This document shows, one piece after another, positions 49,361 through 61,446 of a stretch of DNA of 64,000 nucleotides. The notes beneath the pieces are model-generated. The model was not told where the DNA came from. It was given only the letters and a program-made list of their open reading frames with translations, and did no database searches. Source of the DNA: Albugo candida (lineage: Eukaryota); the NCBI GenBank assembly GCA_040437565.1, contig JBDOQK010000068.1:1-64000 (forward strand), in the 5' to 3' direction. Position 1 is the stretch's first letter, and the number at the start of each line of letters is the position of its first letter. The position numbers were made by a program, and so were the translations under genes.

Positions 49361-49412
49361 TTCCGCGGGAAGCTGTTCGCACATTGGCGGGAATGTGGTG
49401 AATTCCGCCAAT
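49361..49412. promoter_or_regulatory. Cluster of E2F-binding-site motifs upstream of the atypical E2F gene
   Basis: TTCCGCGGGAA (49361-49371), ATTGGCGGGAAT (49383-49394; reverse complement contains TTCCCGCCAA), and an inverted near-copy ATTCCGCCAAT (49402-49412). Confidence 0.6.
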
Positions 49413-49437
49413 CGAATCGATTCCTTCGTACAACGTT

Positions 49438-50127
49438 TTAACCACATTCCGAAGACCTTGCATTCAATGCCGCGGGTTGTCCGAGTTGGCACGGTGGAAA
49501 ATATTGTGTTTCGGATTTGAAACTGCGCGCTTCTTTCAACAGCTCGATTTTCCCGAGCCGTTTCTTGATGGAATCTATCTTCACACATCCATATCTAGTG
49601 CTGACTATATCCTCAAATGTGGTGAGGAACGCTTTCTCGCGCAATGATTGCTCTTCCTCCATCATGAGGGGATGGCGGGGAAGATATGCTGGGTCTTGCT
49701 TGGTCTTTAAAAACTTTGCATTAACCTGTTTACCCACTTTTCGCGGCTTCAAAAGTGTAATTTCATTTTCCATCAAAATGCTATCCTCATCTTGAAATTT
49801 AGATGGCATCGCTTCGGGCCAATCGACGGCTTTTGTCGCAGCCAACTCCTTCTCATGCTGTTCCAGCGCCACGCGCAGGATGGGGGCATCCTCAAGTTGT
49901 TTGATTGTATTCCATAGCGCTTTTGTGGAGTGCAATGTGCCTGCTTCTCCTTCCTGTGTAGCTAAGGACTGCGCTTCTAACGCATCCACTCGGTGTTTGT
50001 TGAGAAAATCAATATGTAGCCGTTTGGCGTCGGAATGAATCGCTTTTTCCTTTGCTTTTTTCAAAGAGAAAAGCGGATGCGCATGGGGCAAAGGAGGTGG
50101 AGCTTCCGGTTTTTCATTTAATTCCAT
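49438..50127 (-). CDS. Hypothetical protein (229 aa)
   Basis: Single long ATG-initiated ORF with protein-like composition, filling the space between E2F and MCM8. No recognisable domain. Confidence 0.6.
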   Translation of the reverse strand: MELNEKPEAPPPLPHAHPLFSLKKAKEKAIHSDAKRLHIDFLNKHRVDALEAQSLATQEGEAGTLHSTKALWNTIKQLEDAPILRVALEQHEKELAATKAVDWPEAMPSKFQDEDSILMENEITLLKPRKVGKQVNAKFLKTKQDPAYLPRHPLMMEEEQSLREKAFLTTFEDIVSTRYGCVKIDSIKKRLGKIELLKEARSFKSETQYFPPCQLGQPAALNARSSECG

Positions 50128-50177
50128 TATGGTGGCAACTTGATGTATCCTTGAGCTCCATAATAGAGCGCGGTGTC

Positions 50178-52559
50178 ATGAGTGAGGATTTGCTGCGCGT
50201 TGTGGCTAGCTGCGTATGGACGCAATATTTTCCTGAAGACCAGCACATTGGAGTTCAGGAATCGTCTGAACACCGCGCAGACTCTGCTTGCGAGCTTATA
50301 CCCGAAGAAGAAGGACGATATCAGGCAGTCTTGATGTTCCACACATGTTTTGAGGATTCTAATCAATGGAAACCTCTAATTGAATTGCATGATCTTACGA
50401 AGGAATCAATTCAATTAAGTCATGCACAACTCATAAATCGCTGTCAATTATGCGATTTCGCAAGTGTTATGCAAGAACACCCAGAACAAGTGATTGCTTG
50501 TTTGGGACTAGCGTTATGCCTGGTGCGTGATAAGGTACAAGCTACTAGCAGCAGAATTCTCGTTCGATTCTATGATGTTGCACCCGTGCTATCAATTTCA
50601 CAAATCAAATCGCACGTCATTAATCACTTTGTCAGCGTCCGCGGAACAATTGTGCGAGTAAGTCCGATCAAGCCGCTTGTGACACAATGCAATTTCATTT
50701 GCGGAAAATGTGGCCGAATCACGTTGCGTATTTTCCCGGATGGAAAGTATAATCCACCTATCAAATGCATGTATGCATGCCGCAGCAAATTGCTCCCGGA
50801 TCGATCGACAGTGACGACGATTGATTTCCAGACGATCAAGTAAGTATTCACGAGAAATGTATACAGATGCTAAGACTTTTCAACCAGAATTCAGGAAATC
50901 GATCATGAAGAGCATTCCGGGCGGATTCCTCGCATGATTGAGGTCGAACTGCACGAAGACTTGGTTGATTCTTGCATTCCCGGCAATGTGGTACAACGTT
51001 TACTACTCTCCCTGATAGACGTCTAATGATTTTTAGAGTAGGTGACAGTCATTGGCTTTGTAAAGAGCGTCAATGCACAAATTCGTGGCGGGAAGTTTGG
51101 GAAACAAGCGCAAAACAACTGTCTTCATGTTTTGTATCTGTTTGCAAATAATGTGGCGCACACAAATGTAAGACCTTAGCATTTAGTCGAGTCACAGCCA
51201 ACTCTCTGTGCGTAGGAGAAATGTGAGAAGGATGCTGAATTCAACAAGGAAGACCTGCAGGAAATATCACAGGTTTACAACGAAGGAAACGTCTTCGAAC
51301 GCTTAGTTGCATCGCTGTGTCCTCAAATCTATGGGAACGAGCTCATCAAAGCAGGACTTTTACTAGCTTTGTGTGGCGGTACACGCAACGCCAAGGATCG
51401 CAAAACTGCGCGCGCAAATTCGCATGTTTTGCTTGTTGGGGATCCAGGTCTAGGAAAAAGTCAGTTGCTTCGTGCCACCGCCAGTGTCGCCCCACGATCA
51501 GTATATGTTGGAGGGAACACAGCTACAGCCACAGGCTTAACCGTGAGCATGTCCAAGGATTCTTCAGGTGGGTATGCACTCGAAGCTGGCGCATTGGTCT
51601 TGGCCGACGAGGGTGTCTGTTGTATCGATGAGTTTGATAAAATGGGTACCGACACACAAGCCTTATTGGAAGCAATGGAACAACAGAGTATCAGCATCGC
51701 TAAAGCCGGGATCGTCTGCAATCTGAATGCTCGGGCCAGCGTGGTCGCCGCAGCCAATCCAATTGGAGGCCATTACGATTCAGCCAAATCGGTTCATGAG
51801 AATTTGAATATGAAGGCGGCGCTATTGTCTCGATTCGACTTGGTATTTATTCTACTGGATCGACCGGACGAAGAACGAGATCGACTTTTATCGAGTCATA
51901 TCATGAATACGCACGCATCAGTCCCACGAGGGTGGAAACAGGCTGAAAAAAAGGGTCATGTCGCTGGAAATGCTACACTTTTGGAGCGTTTGTTACTGCA
52001 TACCCAAATTTCGGGAAATTACATCCCTGTCCGTACGATTCGAAAATTAATTACATATTCACGACGATATCTCCACCCCCAGCTAACACGAGAGGCCGCA
52101 GTTGAATTGCAAGAGCACTATCTTGAATTGCGTTCAAGCAGTATTTTCCCATTGAACGGAGTATCGATAACAGTTCGACAATTGGAATCGTTAGTCCGAC
52201 TTGCACAAGCACGCGCCAGGATTGAATTGAGCAATGAGGTTACGGTGCAACATGTGCGCGACGTAATACAAATTATGGCTTGTTGCCTAAGGGATACGGA
52301 CGTATTTAAAGCAACCGTACATAATGCACGCGGTTTGAGTCTGCCAAAGAAAGTCAAATTTTATGCTGCGCGATTGGAGCAAGTGGCAAAACGACAAGGA
52401 AATAACGTATTTTCATTGGAAGAATTGGTGGAAATTGCCAAGTCTGCGCGGCTCGAGATTGCAAACTTTTACGATTTTCTAGACGTACTTAGTGAACATT
52501 GCATTGTATTGAAAAAGGGGCCAAAAAGATATCAGCTCCAAGCGTCATCTATCCGTTAA
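50178..52559 (+). CDS. MCM8: DNA helicase MCM8, 4 exons
   Basis: PEQVIACLGLA, CGKC/C..C zinc finger, GRIPRMIEVEL, Walker A HVLLVGDPGLGKSQLL, ALEAGALVLADEGVCCIDEFDKM, SRFD arginine finger, ITVRQLESLVRL, C-terminal winged helix. Confidence 0.9.
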
Positions 52560-52562
52560 ATG

Positions 52563-52817
52563 TTATTTGATGCCCAATTGTTCTCTCCGATTTTGTATAT
52601 CTTTTTCGTAAATTTCCTGCGGACGCTCGGAAGAAAACAAATCGTGGCCAGGTTTCTTATCTACATAGCGTGTGTGGGTGAGATGAAAACACGTATGTAC
52701 TCACGTACTCTTCTTGTACACCGGCAGATAGCATAGTCCAATGCCGACCGCAACGCCAAAGAATACTTTGCCGCCTTCACTAAAAGGTAATTTATTCAAC
52801 AGACGTTCGAGCGTCAT
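52563..52817 (-). CDS. Small single-pass membrane protein (68 aa); exons 52817-52709, 52660-52563
   Basis: Spliced product MTLERLLNKLPFSEGGKVFFGVAVGIGLCYLPVYKK|NKKPGHDLFSSERPQEIYEKDIQNRREQLGIK*, with a 48-nt GTACGT..GTAG intron. Confidence 0.7.
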
Positions 52818-53284
52818 GATTGGTAGATTGATCGGTTGGCTACGGTGAGTCCACAATTCAAATAATTGTGTTTCGCAATCAAAGAAGCGAGTCGTCGACC
52901 TGACCTCACAACTCAAAGCATTAGACACTAGAATCAGTGCGGATGATGAATAATTTTGTTATGTCCAATTACTGCATGAACATTGAATACAATGTAATGC
53001 TTATACAAAACTTTCTGACGCGATTACTTCCATCGTTCTCATAGTTTACAATATATTGACGCGAAAAGAACTCTCAAACATCGGGGAATCATTCTCACGT
53101 TTATGAAAAAAATAAACATCGTAGCCGTTGACAGTCCGCAGCCAACTTATTCTTATGCTACCGCATGCACATGTCATATAAATCAAAATCGAGTTTCAAT
53201 TAGATTGCATTGTAATGCACTAGAGTACAGACTCACTTCTCCTATCGTCATGGTGTGACTTGAACAAACACATACTGTACGTCA

Positions 53285-54937
53285 TTAATTCTCCATAAGC
53301 GCTTGCTTTTCCGCTCGAATGTGCATCGTACACATTCCTTCATTTCGCGCTAACTTCTTGCAGGCTTTGACTTTACATAACCGCCCACGACGATGTACTT
53401 CACAAAATCCTCCGCCACGGTCCGTACGAACACATCCGTCAAACTTGCAATTTCGAAACCCTCCGTGTGTGGCGCAGAAATTGCCTCGTTGAGCACCTTT
53501 CTGGCAGTCAAGTGCTTGGCATCGCTTCCCGCCTCCGTGTGCTCTGCAAAGACCGCCTCCTTGGCTACTTTTCGTGCAATCTGGAAATTTGCATCGAGCT
53601 CCTCCTCCATGAGCTTTACACAATCCGTGTGACTGCGCGGCTTTAGTGCATTCTTCTCGCTTACATTTCTTCCCGCCTCCATGTCCGATACAAAACTCGC
53701 CATTTTGACTCGATTTATTGCACCCATCAATGCTACATTTCCGTCCACCACCATGCGTCTTACAAAAACCTTTGGATCGAACCCGACGCTCACATCCGTG
53801 TACCTTACAAATCGCCATATTCTTGATCGAACGCTGACCGACTAAACCAGGCAATGGTCCTAGTGGTTTGGGATTATTTAGGATCATGTTTTGCATGATA
53901 CTACGGGAAGTCATATCTTGTGTAAACTGTGAAGATGGAAGTTGGTGGGTATATTGTCCGTCCATACCACGCGAGGTCTCGGAGATGGCCAATGAGATAA
54001 GTTCGGAGGGCTGGAATAATTCCTGATCCATTTCCGGTATCAACTTGTCTAACGATTCGAATACTTTATCCATGTGTGACATTTCCCCGAGTGGCGATTT
54101 CAAACAGTCAAGCATTCGACCGCGGAATTGCACCTCAGAGGATCCCTCATGATCTCGTCCTCTGTAAAATGAGAGAGGCTCCACCTCATAGGCATCAGTG
54201 TGTGGTTTACCGTGTTCGTTTTCAGTTCCGAACTGCTTCTTACGGGTTGGAATTGAATGAGTGTAATTCTGAAATCCAGTGCTAATTTCCAATCCGTTAT
54301 CGCTGGGAAGAGGTAGTCGTGGTTTGTGAAATGGGCCTGAAACTCGGTTATTTCCGTAGACACGTGGATTTTGACTAAAAAGAGTGGAGCTATTGGCTTG
54401 CGGTCCATGCTGAAAATCTGGGCGGGTTTTCGGTGAAGCGTCCGCATAAAACCCGTGAGTTTGTGACATAGTTGGTAATTGAAAAAATTGAGATAGTGGC
54501 TGATAGTAGGACGAAGATGCTAATAACGCTCCAATCGGTTTGAGGGGATCGGAAAGGAGGGATTGGGAGGAGGATGTTGCAGTCGCATAGTGAGGCTGTA
54601 AGTGTTGTGATGACGACGTTGAGGAAGTGTTTTGATGTGCTTGCCATTCCTCGTCAAAATCATAAGATGGAAGAATTATATTGCCGCTCTCATTCGAGTG
54701 ATTGTTTGGGTGAATTCCGAGTGTCGATTCTATCAAACAGTCGTTTGCGGTCATATGTGCAAAAGAATGGAAAGCTGTGTTGATATTAGTAGTACTGTTG
54801 GATGTATCCGCGAAGCAAATTGGAAAATAATGAGTGTTTGTAGAATACCACTCTCGGTTGAGGATGAGGTGTACGAGCTGTACCTCATATTTGAGTCCTT
54901 TTTTTCCACTTCTAATCTGCGAAACATTCAACCCCAT
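53285..54937 (-). CDS. Protein with C-terminal CxxxGC..CxxHGGG zinc-binding repeats (oomycete 'WRKY19-like' family)
   Basis: About 7 tandem repeats such as CKVHGCERRVRSKGFCKTHGGG and CKFPDCTKSSQGGGLCRAHGGG; low-complexity N-terminus. The true start may be downstream. Confidence 0.85.
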   Translation of the reverse strand: MGLNVSQIRSGKKGLKYEVQLVHLILNREWYSTNTHYFPICFADTSNSTTNINTAFHSFAHMTANDCLIESTLGIHPNNHSNESGNIILPSYDFDEEWQAHQNTSSTSSSQHLQPHYATATSSSQSLLSDPLKPIGALLASSSYYQPLSQFFQLPTMSQTHGFYADASPKTRPDFQHGPQANSSTLFSQNPRVYGNNRVSGPFHKPRLPLPSDNGLEISTGFQNYTHSIPTRKKQFGTENEHGKPHTDAYEVEPLSFYRGRDHEGSSEVQFRGRMLDCLKSPLGEMSHMDKVFESLDKLIPEMDQELFQPSELISLAISETSRGMDGQYTHQLPSSQFTQDMTSRSIMQNMILNNPKPLGPLPGLVGQRSIKNMAICKVHGCERRVRSKGFCKTHGGGRKCSIDGCNKSSQNGEFCIGHGGGKKCKREECTKAAQSHGLCKAHGGGARCKFPDCTKSSQGGGLCRAHGGGKRCQALDCQKGAQRGNFCATHGGFRNCKFDGCVRTDRGGGFCEVHRRGRLCKVKACKKLARNEGMCTMHIRAEKQALMEN

Positions 54938-55694
54938 TCTTTACAAGATGCGTGTGAAAGGCATGCAAACTGTAAGAAGCGGTGGGAAACGCACCATATG
55001 GAATGCAAAAAGACCATTTTGGTATTCTTTATTTTATCACAGAGAACGTCCCTCTTTCTATCTTGTCTTTTGTATAGAGTCACGTGCGTCGCGGATTGTT
55101 TCAGTATACATTACCCACGGATTATATTACACATGAAAAAAGATGAAGTTGACTTGTGCATAAAGAACGACATATGGCACGAGCCATGCATAGAAAAATT
55201 CATAGTGATGTCTGTCTTCGACTTTACACCTGTCGAACTATATATATAGCCCTAATTCTTCTACAAGGATGTTGGATCTTATTGGAATAGAGCCTGAAGC
55301 CATCCAAGTTACTGGAGCAAAGGCGTTATGGCAAGTATAGAGTGTATAGGTGCGTATTTACTTGTCACACCAGAGCCGGAGCGCGTATCTCACATTAGCT
55401 CGAGCCAGAGAAATAGAAATTCAAAACGAGTGTATAAATGGTACTAGTGTGTTCGTACAGAGGCCTGCGCAATGAGACCGTCGAAACCAGTAACAACAAT
55501 CTTTATTAAGAGGATAAAATGCACAATACTCACACACTTTGCCTCAGCGTTTATTCCTCGTATGTAAAATCATTGCACCTCTTCGATTGACCCACACGAG
55601 AGTACACTTGAGCGTCGCACGAATGTATCGACGAGTACATGAATTGCGACTTGAACTCACTCTCCATGCGTCAATGCTACATGCGCTTCTACCG

Positions 55695-58600
55695 TCATAG
55701 TCCATTGAATCGTTCCCATCCTGGCGCGCTTTCGCACAACGCTCGAATCAGTGCGTGTCGACGTTCTGCATCCTGCAACAATCGAGCAAGATCGGGAACC
55801 AAACGTCCGACGAAATCGAGGTCGAATGTTGCAGTAAGGTACTGATAGTAATCGCGCGCCGAAAGCTGTTCGCTGCCGAATTTGCGCGCGTTCGACGTGA
55901 ATACTTTCATCTTTTTGTGGTCGCCGCCTAACGCGAGTTGGACGGATTCCAGCACGGACTTGTGAAGCAGTTGAGCCGCTTCTCCGACAACAGGCTCGAT
56001 ATCCTGCAGCGTAATTGGCACAGGCGATTTCCTCATTGATACACTATCTTGCTTTCGTCTTTTCTCCTGGTTGCATGCGTCAAGAAAACGCTTGTACGCG
56101 GCTTTGAGTTCGGACCGTTTGGCATCACTGACAAGTAGTCGTGCGCTGTCTGGAATTACTTTCAGAGCGCGTTTCCGGCCGATACAAAATCGAACTTGCT
56201 GACAAAAATCGTCCGCTGATATTTCGTCGTTTCCGAATTTCCGGGAGATCACTTTGAATTGTTCCACGGCGTCTGCGTGTTTGGAGTGCGTTTGTGCCCA
56301 CAAAGAGACTGTCTTGATAATTTGAGAATAGAGCGCTTTGGACGTTTCCGGGGGTGCAGGCTCAAAGTGCTGACTTAGAAGCTCCGAATCGAGATCTCGG
56401 CCATCATGCGTTGGTGAGATTGATTTCTTGCTTTCATCTTGCGCGTTTGTGTGCTCAACTTCTACCGCAGCAGACTTGACATGTGCTTCGGCGGCTTCTG
56501 ATGCTTTGGCTTCCCTCGCTGCGGCTTCTCTTGTAGCAGTTTCAGCTTCGCTCGCTGATTTTGCTTCACTCCATGTGCTTTCATAATCTTTTGTCTGATT
56601 TTGGCGATACGCATTCTTGAATTCTGATAAAAAGTCGTCCATCAAAGAAAAAAACGCACTGGTACCTAGTTTTCTCGGATCTTCACCAAACGAGCTGATG
56701 AGTTCGGTGTAAAGATTTTCGAGAGAGCTAAATTCACGATTTAGATCTTCAAGAACTTCAGCCGCTTCCTTCTCGAACGGTGCCATCACTTCCTGGAATC
56801 GATCACCTTCGGTCTGATCGTTACTAGATGCTTGTACTTGACCACGTAACATCACAAGCTCATTGCTGTACAAAGATATATCGGATCGCAGCTGTTCCAG
56901 AGATAAGCGCTTTGCTTCGCCAACATGAGCGAGTTCAGCCGCGAAGGTGACCACTTCTGGATTATGTTCTTCCAGTTGATGCGCCAAAAAATGCATGAGT
57001 GTGATTTTGGGGTCTATAGACCGTAATGTATGTAGCTTGGTCAGTGTGTCTAGCTTGAAGCCGTAAGCTGCTCCTCGTGGTGTCCCACCGTTCAAATAAT
57101 TACCAATAGCCAGAATGTGTTCCAAAACTTTACGAAAGTTTCTGCTTTCTGTGAGTTCGTCGGTTGCAGCACTCAAAATATCGAGTTGAGTTTGCGTTTC
57201 TAGCACACGATCCTCAAAGCTAAGGTGGAATCGGATACACTTGATTCTCTGCGTGTATCGTGGGATAGACATCATTTCGAGGAAAAACTTTTCCAAATTC
57301 CCCAGTAGCTGCTCGTCGCCAGTATAATTTTTCAATAGATCTTGTTCTTCCAAAGTCGGTGCGGTCTGAATCAATACGTTGAGCGTTTCTGAATTCACTA
57401 GATCGGTGTCCACATTCAAAATGGCCTTTTTAATTTCACTCGGCGGCATCTTGATTCGAGCGATAGCGATAGCGACATTTTGTTGGCGCTTTGGATCCAG
57501 TAATAAAACTTGTTGAGAAGTTGAGGTGTTTTCTTTCTTTTTTTTGGTGTCGTCTTCTTTTTTAAGTGTGTCCACGGCATTTTTGCGAAACATCCATTCC
57601 ATCTCGCCGAGGTCCAGTTTCACGTTTGAGTCATTGAGCTTCACCCAAACGGTGCTGCTGACTACATTGACTGGAACCCGACTCCAAAAAAGCGATCGCA
57701 TTTCGACTTGAGGTTTGACAGTTTCTTTTCTTGGGAGTTGTGGTTCTATCGAAGCAGAACCGAGATCGGAGGAAGCCACACCTTTAGAACTCCTGCTTTG
57801 ATTTGAAGTGGCAGCAAGCCCGGCGTCTTGAGTTCCTACATTCACTTCGTTCTTCAACGCCATCACGGAGGCAACATCTTGAGCAGAATCCAGTACTGCA
57901 GGGTCCAGCCCTGCTGCTGCTATCTTCAGCTTGACTTGTTCGGGCGGCATACCTAGCTTTAACAACTTGAAAAACTTAACGTACTCTGGATCGCAGGTAC
58001 TTTCTGTTACTTGAGAGGTTTTTGCTAACAGTTGTTCTCCCATCGACAGCGTATTGTTCTGATCAAGCATACTCGGATCCAAGCCTTCAGCACTCATTTT
58101 CAATTTGATCTGTTCCAAAGGCATTCCCATTTTCTTGAGTTTGAAGAATTTATTATATCTCTCATCGACTTGCACTCTTTCCTCTGGTGCGGAAGTCCCT
58201 GCTATATTTGTATCTGCATTACTCGAATCGTTCATCCTCTCGTCTGGCTTGTCCAAGATCGTTGGGTCAATTCCGTTTTGCTTCATTCGTTCTTGGGCTT
58301 GTTCAACAGGCATACCCATACTCACAAGTCTAAAATATTTCGCATAAGCCGGATGATCTTTCGCTCTCACACCCTTCTTCTCGTCTGAAATGTGCTTTAC
58401 TTCAGTTTCTCCTTTCTTGAGCGTCAAATGATTTTCCAGTGCTGATTTTTTCAATTCTTCGAGTTCGATTCCAAGCATTTTGATCTTCTCTTTGAGCATG
58501 TCGTTTTCTTCCTTGACAAGTCTGAGATCGACTTCCTTTTCACCCAATAGCTTCACAACTGCATCTTCGTCTTCTTGAACGATTTCTAAAGGCTCTCGAT

Positions 58601-59459
58601 CATCTTTGTTACCCTTCAAATCCTCTTGATCACCAGATCTGACATCCAGATTCTGCTCATTATCATCATTTTTGACAACCAAGTCTTGAGTGATTTCCAT
58701 GCGCTACCACATAGCAACACAAAATAAGATATTTCAAACGAAATCAACCATCATCTCCATCACCTTTGTCAATTCAAGATCGCACGCTTTCGCTTGGAGT
58801 ATTTGCGCGGATGTATCGTCAATAACCTCAGTCGTTGCAGTGTCTACGTCTTTGTCAAATTGTGATCGAGTGGGTAGCCGTGCTGACGTTCCGCACTCGA
58901 TGCAGAACTTGACATTTTTTGGTAGTTCATAGCCACACTCGATACAAAACTTTTTTGCGCTTTGATGCTGTAATGGCGGCGGTGCAGCAACGCTTATACT
59001 CATTCTCTTTGAATGACTGCGAACGCCGCTAATGTATTCCATGATACCGTCTTCTTCCCGTATGCATTTATGGCAATGCCATTGCAGTCTCGTGTTCTCT
59101 CCACGTCTTGTATCGACCGCTTTCATACCACAATCCTTGCACATCGCCATGTGACACGATCGACAATGGTGTCGACGCCTTAACAGCGTGAATACACGGC
59201 AACAGAAGCCACATTTTGGCTCCCGCGCAAAGGATTCCGACCTTATTTGCTTTCTTGCAATAGCGCAATCACTCGTTCCGGCGCTTGAAGTTGAAGTTGG
59301 AGGGAATGTTGTTCCAAGAGTGTTGGTCAAGGGAAATTGGGGTGAAATGGTCTGATTTTGTGTGAGACGTGGAGAAGGTGACTCTTTTTCCGGAAAATTG
59401 ATGTCGGAATACGTGTCTTCATTGCGATCTTTACAGATTTCATGACTGCTTTTGTTCAT
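55695..59459 (-). CDS. FYVE-domain formin (FYVE, zinc ribbon, 3 CCDC53-like repeats, FH2), ~1239 aa; exons 59459-58749, 58703-55695
   Basis: FYVE RRRHHCRSC, double zinc ribbon CIECG..CIECG, FH2 MRSLFWSRV..STVW..LLDPKRQQNVAI..LAIGNYLNGG..GFKLDTLTKL. A 45-nt phase-0 GT-AG intron joins the two ORFs. Confidence 0.9.
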
Positions 59460-59944
59460 TGGGTGGATTATGTATTATTGGTGCAATTTGATTCTTTCTC
59501 GTGCAGCGTTCCACGATGAGTTAGATAGTGTACTCCAATCTAGGATCATCCTATTTGTAGCAATGACTAGGACAAAATCACATAAAATGTCATTTATTCT
59601 TTATGTCTGCGTCAAACGCGCAGAGCTTAAAATGCAATATTGCATATGATATGCGCCGTTCCTTCCAATATATAATGCCATATCTGTATCATCCTTCAAA
59701 AAAAGCTACATTCCGATCGCACTCAAAACTCATATTCAAGCCTTTACATAAGACCATAGCGCTTTCCCTTCTCATACCGACGTCGTCATGTCCACAGAAT
59801 CGTTACATTACCGTCTGGTTCGTCAGCGTGGAAAGATGCTTCGAGACAAATTCCGCATACTTAATGCAAATTACGCAATAGAGGTTATCTAATTCGGCAA
59901 TCATGTAGTATAACTTTTCAGAGTTCAGCCTTCTCCTGGAAACA

Positions 59945-61291
59945 ATGACAAATTCTTGGCATTTGAATGAGGGAATTACATGCCACACATGGAATAAGGA
60001 TCGCTCTAAAGTCGCAATATGTCCTAATACAAGTGAAATTTGGATCTATAGCAATTGTCGCGAAGTAAATGTGGCGAAATGGCGGCGAGAAGCCATTCTC
60101 TCTGAAGTGATACGCTCCTTTCACTTTTCCTTATAATAATGTCCATAACTTTCGCATAATAGCACGATATGGTCGTAACAGGGCTTGATTGGTCCCCCGT
60201 CAACGATATGATTGTCTCATGCTCTCACGACCGAAGCGCATACGTGTGGCAATACGAGAAATCCACACGGAAGTGGAAGCCGCTTATGGTCGTGCTCCGT
60301 ATCACACGCGCAGCGATCGATGTTAAATGGAGTCCAAATGGTACTTAACCGCTACAAGTTTGATCGATTCTGACCTTCATTCAGGGAAAAAGTTTGCGGT
60401 AAGCAGCAGTGCGAAATGTGTGGCAGTGTGTTATTATCAGCCGTCGGAGAACTGGTGGATCAGCAAACACATCAAAAAGCATAAATCCACGTACGTTATC
60501 GTTATAAACCCTAATTTGTAGTTATGTTTATCGCGCTGTTACAGGGTTACCACTTTGGCATGGCATCCAAATTCTCAACTACTTGTCACTGGAAGCACCG
60601 ATCTCAAATGCCGTATATTCTCGGCACATATTGCTGAAGTTGATGAAATCTTGGATGTCGGCCCGTTCCCTTCAATTGGGCCTTTTGGAGAGATATTGGC
60701 CGAATTTGATCATGCAAATGCTTGGATCAATTCTGTTGTGTGGTCTCCAGCTGGTGATCGCGTGGCCTTTGCCGGACACGGGTCTTCAGTGCATTTCGTA
60801 CATTTTGGAGTAGCTGGAGAACCTCCAACTATACAGGTATGTGATGATGTTCAAGAGCACACAATTACTGAATGATTGTCAATAGTCTATTCGTTTTCGT
60901 CATCTCCCACTGAATACGCTCCTCTTTTTATCCAACGACGTCTTGGTTGGCGGAGGCTCCGACTTTAATGTATTGCTATTCTCATCTGATACGAATGGAT
61001 TCTGGTATGTTGAAAATATTACCTGAAATGAAATCGAGTCACACTTTTTTCTCCAAGGTCATTGACCGATTTATTGGACAAAAAATCAAGCGATTCGGCA
61101 CCAAAGAGTGAAAAGGGAGGCTTCAATGCAGGTATGCTTATGATGCTATGTATCGTCATGGAGATCTTATCTTTGGTATAGCTCGGAGTATGTGGGAGAG
61201 CAAAGTTGTTCGTGGCCAAAGTTCAGAAGCGACACAGCAGGACAAAGGAATGCTTTGGACGTGAGTATTTTAATTTCAACGATGGAGCGAG
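59945..61291 (+). other. Redundant partial copy of ARPC1 caused by an assembly overlap at an N gap
   Basis: 59890-61291 is repeated with no differences seen at 61392-62793, separated by 100 N. Confidence 0.85.
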
Positions 61292-61446
61292 NNNNNNNNN
61301 NNNNNNNNNNNNNNNNNNNNNNNNNNNNNNNNNNNNNNNNNNNNNNNNNNNNNNNNNNNNNNNNNNNNNNNNNNNNNNNNNNNNNNNNNNNTAATTCGGC
61401 AATCATGTAGTATAACTTTTCAGAGTTCAGCCTTCTCCTGGAAACA

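Noticed and set aside
60505-60514. TAAACCCTAA telomere-like word in an ARPC1 intron
   Set aside because: Single short match, expected by chance in AT-rich intron sequence.
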